Source: Eledone cirrhosa
Taxonomy: Eukaryota
DNA length: 64,000 nt
Direction of reading: 5' to 3'
Assembly: GCA_964016885.1 (NCBI GenBank)
Contig: OZ024740.1
Span: 165,602,001 to 165,666,000 of the forward strand
Part shown: positions 25,660 through 42,330 of the stretch, one piece after another
Numbering within the stretch: the stretch's first letter is position 1
Layout of the letters: each line of letters begins with the position of its first letter
Made by a program: the position numbers and the translations under genes
The notes under the pieces: model-generated
Database searches by the model: none
What the model was told of the DNA's origin: nothing
Seen by the model: only the letters and a program-made list of their open reading frames with translations

Positions 25660-26255
25660 TTTTTATTGTCCCTGATCTTTTCAAAATGGGAGACAAGAGA
25701 GATTGTCTAATTATAGAGGAATTTTCTCATAAATCCTTCCCGGTAAAGGTGATGCAATATGTCTGGTAAAGATATGTAGGGATACTATCGAGCCCAAGCT
25801 AGCTAACGAACAGTATGGTTTTGCCTCGGACTCAGCACAACTGACAAAATATTCACTCTATATAAAGTATTACCAAGATCTGTATGCTTGTTTCCTGAAC
25901 CTGGAAAAATCATATGATCGCATATCACGGAATTTGATGGGGAAGCTTTTGCAGGAGTATGCGATCAATGAACAGCTTCTCATTGCCTTTTAGTCAAGTG
26001 TCTATACAAATGACCTAGTGTTTATGATCGGAGATCAGGGAGTCACTGCAAGTAGAGCAGCTTCTTCTGCGAATCAATAACAGTGCCGGAACTGCATATG
26101 GTTAGAACTTGCTCACTGGAGAAACTTTACTGATAAAGCCAACCGAGCAAGATGGCTGGATAACATCCATGAGCTTGGTTGGTCTCACCCGGGGATCCAG
26201 CCAAATCTTCTGATAGGGCATTCTAGAAGATATGTCTGAGGACTCTGCCACTACA
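25660..26255 (+). pseudogene. Decayed RTE/RTE-X LINE RT fragment with internal deletion
   Basis: NYRGI, EQYGF, FLNLEKSYDRI, RARWLDNIHELGW. Confidence 0.65.
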
Positions 26256-26491
26256 ACCTTCACTAGAAGGAGACGAAGGAGGAGAAGAAGAAAGAAAAAG
26301 AAAGAGACAGCTATCTTAGTAACTGTAAAAATGCCAGACACCCCTACTGAGGTAGTTGCTTTAAACGTTCATAGCTAGTCTCATTATTGTACATAAACTT
26401 ATGGTACAGGCTTTCATATATACCTATCCATCTATGTGAGTGTGTGTGGTTGAAAGTTGAAAATTGCAAACTTGACTGTCACCACAGAAAA

Positions 26492-26530
26492 TGAACCTGA
26501 AGATTGCGAAAGCATGAACGTACTTGTTCA
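26492..26530 (+). ncRNA. Hammerhead ribozyme with one core lesion
   Basis: tgaac CTGAAGA t tgc gaaa gca t GAAC gtac TT gttca; perfect stems I and II. Confidence 0.6.
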
Positions 26531-26759
26531 ATTAACACTTAACATTTAATATTCTACTATACTATTTCATTCTAATACCATTATAATTTTTAAAGGATTG
26601 TAAATAAAACGAGTAAATCAGACAAAGTTGGAATTCCTTTTATTAATATATATATATATATATATATATATAGGGAGGTGGTGCTGTGATACATGCGTTC
26701 GTGTGTGCGCGCGCTAGAGTATGTTTTTACACATATGTGTACACCCACAGACACACACG

Positions 26760-26791
<32 letters not shown>

Positions 26792-27676
26792 CATGTGAGA
26801 AAGATAGAGAAAGAGGCGGAAATACGTGCTGTAACGTCTGAAATAATTTTTGCTTTATTGCATTCTTCTATTTTAATTGGCAAAATTCAAAAATAACTCT
26901 GAACATCTTTATTCTGGATATATAATAAGCTTCAATACAGATCTATTCAACTTAAATACTTGCTTACGGCATGCTCTGTTAAACATCCCAACATTCTCTG
27001 CTTCGCATAGCTAATTCCGGATTGAAAATTAAATACGAGCCTGCAGAAATGGAATATGGATTTCTTATTCTAAAGATCAATTTTAAGTTTCTTTTATGTT
27101 ACTAATATGTTTAGCTGGATCTCATTACTGTGGATGCTCAATTTTATTTGAGAGTTTCAGCTGACAACAGTATATAGTAATATTTTCGGTTTACAAACGC
27201 AGTGTTGAATGTTATATGAAGTTCTTGCAAATGGTATTACCCCTTTCTCTGTAAGTTTATAAAATCCTGGTAAGGCTACTAGTACTACTTAGTGGGATGG
27301 CCTGATAGAGACGATAGAACGTCGGGAATTATATCTTAGTATATTTCGTAAAGTCCTATAATTTAATCTCAACTTTCAGAGTCTGAGAAAGCTCTGGGAT
27401 TGATTTAATTATTGCATTACACTCTCTCAAATTGAAGCTTTCCATTTATGCTATGACATTATTTTTATTACATTTGTTGAATCAGTATTTACCTAGTTGT
27501 GGATCTTTACGTTCTAAGTACTAATCCCGCCGAGGTCAACTATGCATTTTATCATCGAGGCATGCTGACTCTTATTGTAGGGCAAGATATGGGCAAATTA
27601 ATTTTGTTTCAACAGACTTAGCTAATTTGTCATAATACGTAGGAATAGATGAATTGACCCCATGCCTATTTATGTT

Positions 27677-27803
<127 letters not shown>

Positions 27804-27859
27804 ATGTATGTATGCATGGTGTTGTTGAAAGAATTATAGACAGGGCGTAATTACAGCGT

Positions 27860-28170
27860 AATTGCTATTATTTATTTATTAGTAACTATATACAAATCAA
27901 CAAATTCTTTAAGCGCCTTCGTGTGTGTGAAGTTCGTTTGATATATCTGATATATCTGAGTTCCAAATCGATATTGAGTCGAGTTACGACCATCAAAAGA
28001 TCTTGTGACATTTTTCTTTAATTGTTTACTGAAAGAACGGTCTACCGTGGCTGCAATTGCAAGCCACGTGAGAGAAATTCGTAGTGATATTAAAAAAAAC
28101 TCTAGAGAATTTGGAACATTTTCCAATTTGTAGTTACATATATCTAATTTGTTTTTCCCCATTGTTTCTG
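27860..28170 (-). pseudogene. hAT transposase C-terminal dimerisation domain remnant
   Basis: VPN..ISLRISLT..AATVDRSFSKQLK resembles FPN..IALRI.LT.P..A..ERSFSKLK. Confidence 0.55.
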
Positions 28171-28736
28171 CTGTGTATGTAAATTCATTTCAAAATTCTT
28201 CAGCATTGTAAATTTCTGTAACTGACAAGCAGTTTGTGGTCAAACGATTTACCAATTTAGACAGTTTGTGCCAAAGGAATCAAAAATATAAGAAATTCTT
28301 TTTAGACCACTAATGAAATAATCGATAACTTAAAAATCGAAATATCTGAAATAATGATTCAGCATATGTCTCAGAATTGTTTGTCTGGTTTTCATCACAC
28401 TACACTGGTTCTCGTCAAAACTTTACCTCAACTTGGCTCATTTATTTGTAGTTTAATGTCAATTTGCAATCTGTTAGTGACATGTTTTGATTCTCTCAGT
28501 AGAGTGGAAACTTTCGATGAGTGTTTCAATTGTACTTAAGTATTAACAATAGGCAATCGATCCTGTAATTTCATGTCTTAGATATTAATCGGGGAAAGAA
28601 TTTTGAATTAGATGGGTAACAAGCATCTGAAGGAAGTCATGTATTTAATAGCTCCTGTTACGTCATCTCAAGTCTGACTACAGATTAGACTTTAGTTTCG
28701 CCTTGATAAATCTTTCATTTAACGTCACCATCTATG

Positions 28737-28799
<63 letters not shown>

Positions 28800-28802
<3 letters not shown>

Positions 28803-29335
28803 CCCTAAAGAGTTACCTCCCTCACACCCTACCTAATCCTTTTTCTTATATAAATGAATTACCCCCTCTCATTCTTTCTCCCCTACCTGACCACCCTCAA
28901 TTACCTCCCTCTGCATATTAACTCTCTAAAAATGGAAATCATAACAAACCCCAGACTACCATTTGCCTCCATCATGGATCAACTAAGCACTCTTGCCATA
29001 ATAACACATTTTGAACTGCTTATCTTCAAGAATTATGCCTGTAAATAATATTATTTTTTCTTTCCCATTACCTTATCATGTTCCACATTACCCCCTTTTT
29101 TTTTTCTTTTTTCTTTTCACTTCAAAAACCTTGTTTGTAAATAACATTATTCTTTCTTCAACATCACCAACATTTTACACCAATACAAATTCCCCTCTTT
29201 GATAATGCATAAAATGCTGAAACTGGTAATAGGAAATTATAAAATATATAAATAAATAAATAAATTAAAAAGAGAAAAGAAATAAAAAGGAGAAACATAT
29301 ATTTTTCTTCCTAATAATCGTCTTTTTCTCCCTAT

Positions 29336-29340
<5 letters not shown>
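28800..29340 (+). mobile_element. (TA)n-embedded element with U3-A8 HHR at 29194-29233
   Basis: cctct TTGATAA t gca taaaa tgc t GAAA ctgg TA atagg. Confidence 0.6.
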
Positions 29341-29397
<57 letters not shown>

Positions 29398-29410
29398 TAT
29401 ATATATATAT

Positions 29411-29511
29411 ACATGGTGTCCTAAAAAATGTATTCACACTTCAAGACCATCCTAATAAATATTGCATGTACAGGTAATCAAAGTGTGTATACATTTTTGT
29501 GGGACACCCTT
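29411..29511 (+). mobile_element. Tc1/mariner-type MITE
   Basis: TIRs GGTGTCC..AAAAATGTAT.CACACTT / AAGTGTGTATACATTTTT..GGACACC, TA context. Confidence 0.7.
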
Positions 29512-32467
29512 TATAGAGTACTCAGACGACACAAATAATTTGGCATAAATCATTTTGCATCAAACGAATTTGCGTTTCAACAAAAGAATCAGCACGTCGC
29601 CTCAAGCTGAAGCTGACTTGGAGACAAAATTCACGTTAGTCAATTTTATGTTTCAGGGAGTAATTTCTCAATACCCAAAATCTCATTGACATTACAAAGG
29701 TCTTAACATAATTTTGGAAAAGAATACTTTAAAGATAAAGAGAGCTTGGGCTTCGTTATTGATAAAACTGGTATGATGTGGGTAAACTGCTTAAGAAATT
29801 GTTAGTTGCATGCAACAGCACGTTAAAGATGTTGGCAAAGTCACTCCATTCGATTATGAGAAGAATGAAGTCATAACTACTCATATTATGATTTGGTGCA
29901 ACATCCTGTGGTCAGAGAAATGGACAATGAATTTTCATACGATAGATAACGAAATACAACCCTCATACGGCCGTCGAAAAGACACTCAAACTCATACAAC
30001 CCGTGAAATCAGGTCACTCATCAGCGTTTATGCAGTCCTAACTGGGCTAGTAATCACAGAACATACTTTTTTTTATAAAGCTTATGACAATTGATAGAAA
30101 TAGCCGTACACGTGTATAATAACACATAAGATCTTAGCTATATTATCGAATTTAACCCTACGTATGATCTCACAAACTGTATTATAATATGTATGGATTT
30201 AATATCACTATATCTATCTACTGATATAGATATTTTTGTAAGCATGATATGGCAATCCACAATGTCGATATTGAGGAAATGTGTCTATTCCTAGCTTAGA
30301 CATATATTAAAACGAATGAAGCTATAAAGCACAACGACAACGCATTCTTACCCGATCCGGCGAAAGATTCTCTATGCAGTCACTTGCCCTTCTAAACAAG
30401 GGAGTCAACTTTCTCTTAAACTACACCATAGGAATAACCATGTTGAAATTATTGAAAAACTACAAAAAATGACTACATTCTTTTGCTGCTAAGAATTTTA
30501 TGTTAGGTCTGCATTTTCAGACTGATTTGGGTTCTAAATACTATCACACCATAATCAAAAATACCAACAATTACACATCCTCCTTACTCCTTACTCTCAC
30601 AACACAATCTCCCCTTCTCTCTCTCCAGATTCTGTGACCAGCTGCTTAATCACCATCTGGACATAAGCATGTGTCTTAAAAAAGAAAAAAAAAATTCTGA
30701 AGAACACCGACAGAAAGAATGCGATATATACTTGTTCAGAGTGTGGTGGGATACTTCTGATGATTATGACAGATGTCACATTCGTAGATTGACCATCTCT
30801 AATTTTTTTCAGTCTCAAATATAATTCCCCGATGCGGTATTTAAATTTTTGGTGTTTTTACCACAGCCAGGTGGTATAATAATTACTAGAATTTTTAACT
30901 CTACAAATACTTCAGCAATGCTTGTATAGTTACTTCCTCCGACACTATCGCTTTCCCCATCTCTCATTATTATGAGCAAATGGGGCCCCACATACTGGTC
31001 GCCCCGCGGTCCCAGCGTACAGTTAATCTCAACTTTGTTTTCTACTTGCTATAAATAAAACAAAGCACATCCAGTGTTTCACTCGCATAGTCATTTATAT
31101 TGTATTCACACCGACAAACAGACAGACACACACACATACATACATACACGCGCATACACATTGCTGGAATTTAAAACATTTTCTTCATTAAATAAGGATT
31201 TTTTTCTAATAATAGACATGTTCAAACAGTATAGAGCATATATATAGTGATTTTTTAATATGTTTTCGTTTGGCTAAAAGTGACCGATTCTTTTGTATAC
31301 AAATGGAATTCTGTTTGTTTCCGAAAATCGGGACTGTGTCGGAGAAATTCATAAGGAAATGTTACCATCCTTTAAAATTTGCAAAACATTGAATAAAAAA
31401 ATTTACAACAAACAAAAACAAAACAAAAAAAAACAATGGACACTGTTCGTCAATCGGTAAAGAATTCTAAATAAATATATTGCTGACAGCCAAACCATAT
31501 CCATTTTCTTTACTTTTCACTATGAGACTAAAATTTTGTTTATTTTTAAAATGTTCGTTCACCACACATTTCAAATATCTCTCTCTCTCACTCTCTCTCC
31601 CTCTCTCTCTCTCTGTACAGCGTAGACTACTGTGAATTAATAAATATTCATTGACCACGTATGTACTTTTTTACAATAAGACTGATTCAATTCATTAAAT
31701 CCTAATTCATATAGACTATAAGTAACTATAAGCTACTCTTCTCTCCTTGAAAATAAGATGGGTATCCTTTCATCAATCCCAATTTTGTGTCCATGGAGAA
31801 ACAAAACATGTTACCTTAAAACTGTATTTACTTTTCAAAAGCCAGTAAAATTTTATGCTATTTATCTTTTGATTTATCCCTTATATTTGAACATTTCCAA
31901 AGGCGCTGTCATGCACTATGAATTAACTACCGTATATACTCTCATGTAAATCGGCGAATTGGCAGCGTCAAAATGTTTTGTGGTATTCATTGAGGCTCTT
32001 TGTTTTATGATTAATAAAATTAAAACAGGGTCATTTGGTGGTAGTCTATGTCAACAATTAATTGGGGAAATTCGAAAATGTGGATATTGATTGGTGTGCC
32101 GCGAGGAGAAAAGAATATTTACATTTCTTGACTGATTCTGCACCAGAAAAAGAAATCATTTTCTCATCATTCTTAGAAGGGTTGTGAATATTTTCCCTTT
32201 AGTTACGAAACAACATTATTCCATTATACACACAGCATAAGACCTTATTCCAATATATTAAATATACTAAGACGAACACAAACATTTTGCATTCTCTAAA
32301 TGTTATAATATTCCTTAAATAATGGTTGTGTGGTATGAAATTTATATATACGATTTATTTAAATTCCACCCCATTCTATGATATTCCTGCAGGGTTGACA
32401 TGACACAAGATAAAACAAATCATGCGAAAGAGACCATGCTGCTAAAAGCATTCTCGACTTGGAAAAG

Positions 32468-32645
32468 ATAATTGTTTCTACTTTTGGCACAAGCCCAGAA
32501 ATTATCTCAGTGCATTACTGGTGCTTTATTTTATCGACCTCGTAAGGATGAAAGGCAAAGTTAACCTCCTCGGGATTTGAACTCAGACCGTAACTCTATG
32601 CTGAAAATTACAGCGTCCGACACTCTGCCGATACTGCCAATCCAC
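32468..32645 (-). mobile_element. SINE family 1
   Basis: Reverse complement of the family consensus. Confidence 0.8.
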
Positions 32646-35484
32646 CGATTTGGAAAAGATAATGTGTGTGTGTGTGTGTGTGATATGAATTTGTCCATAT
32701 ATGATTTACAGAGGGTTACATTTATATTCTTATATAGAATGAATCTGATGTTTTCTTTGTTCTATTCCATTGCTCTTTACAAGTCACCACAGCAAAAAAA
32801 CTATTTCTGTCTTTACTCAGATCAGATATATATGCAAAAATAACTACGTTTCTAAAACATGGAAACAATTGCTGCTGGTTATTCACAGTGCATTCTATAT
32901 TTTGCTTAACAAGAAACTATTTTTTCAATCCTACTTAGAATATTATTTTCTAATCCTGGTATAATCTTGGTAAGATTTGCCTAACAGAATTCTACTCTGG
33001 ATTCTCAAACTGAGATGTAGATACACACTATAAACTATTTGACGTTCACCATTGACAGTCGCCACCTTCCCATACCCTACCTCTATAAATCACGAACATC
33101 ACACTGTCTGCCTTCGTTTGCTGTATTCCTCCTCTCTCTCTATCATTTCTTGTTAGGTACCAACATTATCTCTTTCTTCCTGCTTCTCGTTAACTTCTTG
33201 CTTCTCCTTCTCTATTCTATATATACAGTGTACCACCCGCATTCGCGATCCCGACATGCATGGTTCTAGTTATTCGCGGAATTTTCCTCAGAACCTAACT
33301 AATAATTGTTGATGGAAACCAACATATATTCGCCCAATCGTAAACATCTTCCGTAATAATCGTAAATATCTTTTTTATGGCTTCTTTCGTGGCTATATAC
33401 GTTTTTCTAACGTTAAATTATTAATAACAATATACCGTATTTCCCGGCCTATATTTTACGTAATGTTTTGACGTTTATAGGCATTTGTATGGCCCACGTC
33501 CAATTTACACCGTTAACATGCGAAATGTCGCACCAGACTTATATTTAGTAACGACAAAACAGAGTAATAGTTTACCTTTTTGTCAGTGAAAGCCACGGCC
33601 TGGTTTTTATGTAGAGGGAAATTCAATTTATTTACGTCAATAATGAACTTGAAAAACTAGCAGAAACAGTAATTATACTTTTTCAGTTGTTACGGCATAG
33701 AGCTGTGTAGATGTAGCTGACCTCCGATGATTTTAAATCTCATACAAAGTTTCTTGTCTTCTTTCTTAGTGACAGAAGCTCCATTCCTCTCATGCCAACC
33801 TTTTCTAGTAAAAGGAATCAGTAATTGACCTCAACACGTATAACGCTGGAATAGATACTGCAAGGCATCCTGTACGACGCTCTAATAATTGGGTTAATTT
33901 ACTAATCTTGACTGGTATTTTATGCATGTACACAGCCTTTCAGGTAGGATATAGGACCACGTCTCTCCAAGTGTCTTCAACTGAGAACACGAAACAAGGT
34001 AACCAAATACTAAGTATTTTGCTGAAACTCTGCCATTCCACGTTTCTTTACGTTTCTAGACAACAGGTTTTGATCTGAAGGCGATTTGGCTGTTATTTAC
34101 GCAAGCTGAGCTACCGCGTAGGTGAATCGTTTATATAAGATGTTTTTTCTGAAAATCACTGAATATTAAATCATGGAACTTGACGTTTTTAACGCCTATA
34201 ATCTCTTTAAATCTCATTTTTCACTCCCTCTCTTTCATTGTTGTAATTATTTCATAGTCATCTATACCTCCCTCTTTTACTGAAGAACTATAATTGTCAT
34301 CTACCGAAGATATCTCCTATGTTGTATAGTTATGTGTGAGTTTCGTTTCTTGGTGATATATAAACTAAACTGAATGTGACGGTTTAAATAGGTCCACTGC
34401 TGTATGGAAATTATGACATGAAATGAAGAATGGGCAAACTGACAAATGGTCGTCAAAGACGGAAAATAGTTAGTGTTTTAATACTCGTCAGTACATCACG
34501 AACAATACGGGCAAAACCGACAGTTTTATTTGAGAGTATAACAAATACTGCCGGACGAAAAAATAGAGAGAGAGGTAGTGATATTGGGGTCAGCTTATCT
34601 TTTGTTAAACACAAAAAGCGTTCAGCCGAAAAATATGTGATGGCGCTGTTGAGGTAAAGGAAAGCTTGTGTCCCAGAGAAAGAAGAACAACGTCGCCCAA
34701 CTGCTACAGTGACACGTGATAACACGAAGGAGAGCCAAAAGCCGGTGTCAATGAACGAAAACAGGGGGAGATAACCAATAACGTTAGACAACGCCACAAC
34801 TGTGGAGAGTTAAAAGTAAGGGGACGTAAATGCTTTAAAAGCTAGGAGACTGGTATTCTGGTTCACTATTTTCAATTGTCACAAAGCCCAACTTTCTCAT
34901 ATTTCTTATATCTTTTACTTCCCTTTACTTTCGACTGTCCACGCTAATAACGATATCTGATGTTGGTTATCGCCCCTATTTTCGTTAATTGGCGCCTGTT
35001 GTTGGCTTTTCTTTCTTACACCACTGTAGTCAACGAACGATAGTTTCCTTCTCTCTTTTGGAGACAGGAACATTTCATTCTTCCCACAGGGTTATCACAG
35101 GAAAGCTAGCCTCAATATCGCTACCCGATATTATACTTATTTTATACCCTCAGGTATTTCAGGTTTTAATTTTTAAGATTATTTACTGTTTTGTATTGTC
35201 TGTTGTGTACCCACAGTATCTGTTCTTTGATTCGTGTCACAATTTCTGTATGGCATTAGAACTATTTCCGGTCTATCACTGTGGTGATATTTTGGCTGGC
35301 GGTTTTCTACTCTTACCACCAAAAGAACTAAAGCAGCCCATTATGAAAAGCTGATGAAGGCAATAATTGTTTGTTTTGCATTGCTTTCCTCTTTAATTTT
35401 CTATTTACCAACGCCACACAATAATTTTTCTCTCTAATATTTTGACTCACTATGCCCAACTGCACACAGAAACAAACAAACACA

Positions 35485-35585
<101 letters not shown>

Positions 35586-35784
35586 GCGCATATATATATA
35601 GTCTTTCTCTTTCTCTACTGGTCCAAAAACTTAGTGGAGTTGGGCAAAAGTGAGCTAGCGAGCAACCATATTTAAGATTGCTCTGTTCACTTTCGTAGAA
35701 TGGGAACGTGATTAGAAATGCGAAATAGATGCTTAAAATAACCTAAATCGCCTAAACCCGACTAAGTTTAAGGAATAGGCTATT

Positions 35785-35964
35785 TTGCTGGTAAGAGTGT
35801 CTGACACCATGCTTTGCAGCATAGAGTTGCGGTCCTTTACGGTATGAGTTCAAATCCCACGAGGATGGATGAAATAAAGCACCAGTAATGCAATAGGTCG
35901 ATTTAATTGACTTTCCCCTCTCCCAAAATTGATGGCCTTGTGCTTAAATTAGAAACCATTATTA
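35785..35964 (+). mobile_element. SINE family 1 (internally deleted)
   Basis: Head, GAGTTCAAATCC and GGCCTTGTGC tail. Confidence 0.7.
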
Positions 35965-36779
35965 TGAAGGCAGATAATCTTGAAGATTGCAACACACGGA
36001 TTTAACACATAAGTTTATTTTCACCATCAATTCATATTTACCGGTAAAATAAGTTTAAAAGCATGTTTGTCTATGTTACCGGGACCGGCAAAATAGCCTG
36101 TTCATTTAAGGAATGTTTTCTACACAAAAAGGGTGCTACTTAATCTACATACTATGCTATCTACCTTCTTGCAACTCACACATCCCCGTCAACAATATTA
36201 ACATACCAGAAAGGAGAACTGCACTGGCTGCAATAGGACAGAGCAGCCTTTTCGATACATATGATACTGAAAGAGCCTACTGGTGGAATTCACACCCTTT
36301 TCTGGTCTGATCGGAGTTTTAAGGAGTGTCAAGTGCATGAGGCTTGCTTCGTCCACATATCACACCCCAAAATTGATTCCAAGTGCTGGTATTTTCCAAG
36401 CTACCCCATCGTTAGAACGAAGCTTCCTCGGGACATTAGAGTTTGTGAAATACATGTAATACATATTTTATCGGATAGAGCGTGGACTGTTCATGAAAAA
36501 AAATTCACTTGCTTATCTTGGCGGGTAGCGAGAGAGAAAATGATAAAGAAAAATAGAAATGAAGTCAAAGGAAATAACAAAATTTGATTGAAATCAGCTT
36601 ACTACACTGCGAGGAGCAGATGCAAAATCGATTAAAATGCTATCCAAGGAATTTTGGTCTTCCTATCAGAATAACAAAGTGTAGCTATACTTTGAAACAA
36701 TACCTGCATAACATACAAAAAGCCTTTCACCTGAGCCTCAGTCTCAGTAAACCAAGTAATAATGCATCTGGCAATAATT

Positions 36780-37240
36780 AACCACAATGTCTAAAAAAAA
36801 TCTTATTTATGCATTTACTTGTCAATGTAGAGACATATATATATTGGAAACAGCAGTCACATGTCAGAGGAGAGAAACACTTTTAGAAAGCAACCTCAGC
36901 TCATGCAGTTTTCTAACAGATAAATATGCCGATGAAATATAAACAAAAAAGCATGTATTGATGAGACATAGTAATACTACAGATCTACGGATTGCAGCGG
37001 TTAATTTATCTAGGTGATATAATTATTCCTTCAACCACAGAGGAAAGCTACATCCATGAAGATGTGTATATATATTTAGTTTGTATGCGGAGTTAAATAA
37101 TATACTGCCACATTCCAGCTTCCAATTTATTGATAACAGAAATCAGTTCATCTGATGAAGAGTTATGAAGAGGGTTAATAATTATTTAAATCAGCGATAA
37201 GACTCGCAGTCGATAACCAAATCTATTTTTTCTTGCTTTA
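36780..37240 (+). pseudogene. Penelope-like element 3' remnant (GIY-YIG motif plus decayed HHR)
   Basis: NLIYAFTCQCRDIY(frameshift)IG at 36799-36850; CTGATGA a gagtt..gactc at 37152-37205; ends at giant (TA)n. Confidence 0.45.
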
Positions 37241-37244
37241 CCAG

Positions 37245-38822
<1,578 letters not shown>

Positions 38823-39002
38823 ATGTTATTGCATATCGAACGTTACACATGTTTCACAAATGGTTCGCTCGAAGTCTTTATCGATGAGATAGACTTTGTG
38901 GACATGTGGACTCAAATCAAAACTTTTCTATCCAATTACTAAATAACCAACAGCCCCCATGCACATACATGTTCACACGCACAAACATACGAAACACACA
39001 CA

Positions 39003-39048
<46 letters not shown>

Positions 39049-41094
39049 CAAAGAATTTCATATTATGTGGACCAAATTAGACCATGAATACTTTGGTCAG
39101 CCAGCGACTGAATAGTTTGGGCTTTGATTGAATTAGAAGTGATATAAAATAATCAACACTTTAGAACGAAATATCGATGAAGCAAAAATACTAACAACAA
39201 TTTGGAATCACTTTATAACAGAAATATTACAGTGAAGAAATATTTTACGAGCTCACCCATAAACAAGTCACTTCATATATTTGGTTTAGAAACTGAAAGC
39301 AAAAGTATTTACAATTTGGCGAAGCTCAATAGAGTAAAATTAATTAACATAAATATCTAATTAACAAACTTACATTCGCATACAAGTCCGCACATAGCAA
39401 CACACACATAACCAAATAGAGTGATATACACACTTTGTTCTGCATGACATATTCTTGTATCGCAATATAGTGTCCTTTAAGCAATATTTGGATCATTATA
39501 CATATACATAGCACTGAAAATTATGTTTACTTTCATTACACATCTTTATATATTTGTGCGAGTGGACTTCAAATACAGAGAAATACTCACAGACTCATAT
39601 TCAAACATAACTTGTGAACATATGTCTTATTTTACTAATACAACCATTAAATAGCCCACACTTCTATTTATTTAACAGGCGAATGCATCAATCCTAGCAA
39701 TCACTAACGTATGTTTGTTCACGCCCCGCAGCGTAGGTAGTTACCTTGACATAGAAGCACCCTATCTAGCCGCAAACAATAAGCACAAAGACGCCCCCCC
39801 CCCACACACACACACGCTCAGACATAAAGACACACATGCACACTGTACCAATACAATGTAGGTGTTATGTTGAAATCGCGTCAGACTTGTGCTAGGGTGA
39901 ATAAGACTGATATGACTTCCATAATCCTCTCCGCAAATTCAACCAATAAGCTTGTGTTGGTGATGTCCTTGGTTGGTGCAAGAATGAATTACTAATTTGT
40001 CTGAATTCGTTGAAAAAATATGTTCCATTATGACATCTTCTAAGTTTTCTCTGAGCAGCTGTTGCATTTTTCGCAGGAGCTGACATAGATTACGATACCC
40101 CAACCTTTCTAAGATGAAGAACTGGATGGTTGGTTGATGATACAGTCTTTCATTTCATGAGCTATTTCTGACTGATGGAAACTGATAAATCAGGCGAAAC
40201 GTGAACCCTTTGACGCTGTGTTCCATAAAATGAACTGAAATTGCTGGGTCGGTAGAACAGAGAAATTATAGCTGATTTATACGGACTCGTGTATACATCT
40301 TGTTATGATCACGAAATTTCGACTGTTGTACTCAGAGGACTTTTACAGCTAGCATTCGTATTTAGCATTTCGACATACTACCTACATCTTACTTTTCTTG
40401 GGTTTCTGAATGTTTATTAATTACAAAACACACGAGTGAAAGTGGAATAAGAATAGAGCCCTTATGTATCCTTCAAACATAACACATGCAGGTAAGATAT
40501 TGTGACTAAAGTAATATGAAACATTGAAAAGGAACAATGGTTATATGACATGAATACCATTGTGTTTGGGCTGAATGGAGTATGTTATAAAAGATTGGGC
40601 CAGCCAAGTTGCAACTTGCGAGAGCGGCATATAAATGCTTTCAATACCAGGCTACAGTTAGTCTGTAACACTGATGATCGTCATAGGTGCAAAGATTATG
40701 CATTACTGGAGCAAGTTCTTGTTGCATACAAGTCATCATTTCAGAATATTCATGGTGGAATAATCATTTGTTGAGAATTCTTGGTGCACGCATCAACAAC
40801 AAGCTATAACTGATTGTATTTCACGAAGAATGTGAAATAAGATAACAGTGGTGTGAATTGAAAGAAACACGGATAACCAGAATACACCAACGGATCTGAT
40901 AAGTGGAAAGTGCAGATAGACGCCAAGAACGCGTTACCCGAAGCCATATAGCAATCAGGAAACAATACATGGATCTGTGGCTTCATACTACTTGCAAAAT
41001 AAACGTTCCTAGTTTTCCAGTTGACGGTACTGGCTGAAATCTATCAAAGTATATACATACACACACACATATACATATATATACGTATATATAC

Positions 41095-41150
<56 letters not shown>

Positions 41151-41530
41151 CGGCGATGAATTAGTTTTGCGAGGTTTTTTATATGAAATCGTGTGTCGAA
41201 ACCAATATTGTTATACTTGGGGACCGCATAAATTTGATTACCGATATAAAAAACACAAGCGAAAAGCGAGAACCAACCAAACAGTGAGTGTGTTCTGTTA
41301 TTAATTCTGGCAATATTACACAAATATGACCCTCCACAAGTATAACAATATATATATATATATATATAAAATTAGAATTGGAGCTCTGAAATAGCAATAT
41401 ATATGGATGTATATATAATGTATTTTGCAATACACTTTATGCTTAATTAAAAGCATTTTGAAGACCGTAAGCTATTGTTTTAAAGTAGTGACAAATTCAC
41501 TCACTTTGATCTCAGCAAACAGGGGAGATA

Positions 41531-41574
41531 AGCCGACATGACATGTTTCGCTTTGGTTGAAGCTTATCAAGGCC
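41531..41574 (-). ncRNA. Hammerhead ribozyme, U3-A8 core
   Basis: ggcc TTGATAA gctt caacca aagc GAAA catgtcatg TC ggct. Confidence 0.82.
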
Positions 41575-41846
41575 AACTACCCCACCTGTCTACTGAGATC
41601 AATGATGTTATATTCTTATAGAAATCTAGTAAATAATCAGGAGCTGATTATGCAGAGCGGTTGTTGGTCAGGCAGAAATTAAAAATTAGAATTGGAGCTC
41701 TGAAATAGCAATATATATATGGATGCATATACAATGTATTTTGCAATACACTTTATGCTTAATTAAAAGCATTTTGAAGACCGTAAGCTATTGTTTTAAA
41801 GTAGTGACAAATTCACTCACTTTGATCTCAGCAAACAGGGGAGATA

Positions 41847-41890
41847 AGCCGACATGACATGTTTCGCTTTGGTTGAAGCTTATCAAGGCC
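41847..41890 (-). ncRNA. Hammerhead ribozyme, U3-A8 core
   Basis: Identical tandem copy. Confidence 0.82.
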
Positions 41891-42286
41891 AACTAGCCCA
41901 CCTGTCTACTGAGATCAATGATGTTATATTCTTATAGAAATCTAGTAAATAATCAGGAGCTGATTATGCAGAGCGGTTGTTGGTCAGGCAGAAATTAAAA
42001 ATTAGAATTGGAACTCTGAAATAGCAATATATATATGGATGTATATATAATGTATTTTGCAATACACTTTATGCTTACGGTCTTCAAAATGCTTTTAATT
42101 AAGCATAAAGTGTATTGCAAAATACATTATATATACATCCATATATATATTGCTATTTCAGAGCTCCAATTCTAATTTTTAATTTCTGCCTGACCAACAA
42201 CCGCTCTGCATAATCAGCTCCTGATTATTTACTAGATTTCTATAAGAATATAACATCATTGATCTCAGTAGACAGGTGGGGTAGTT

Positions 42287-42330
42287 GGCCTTGATAAGCT
42301 TCAACCAAAGCGAAACATGTCATGTCGGCT
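42287..42330 (+). ncRNA. Hammerhead ribozyme, U3-A8 core
   Basis: Identical copy on the inverted arm. Confidence 0.82.

Noticed and set aside
33432-33455. TACCGTATTTCCCGGCCTATA transposon-like end (also 31928)
   Set aside because: No matching opposite TIR
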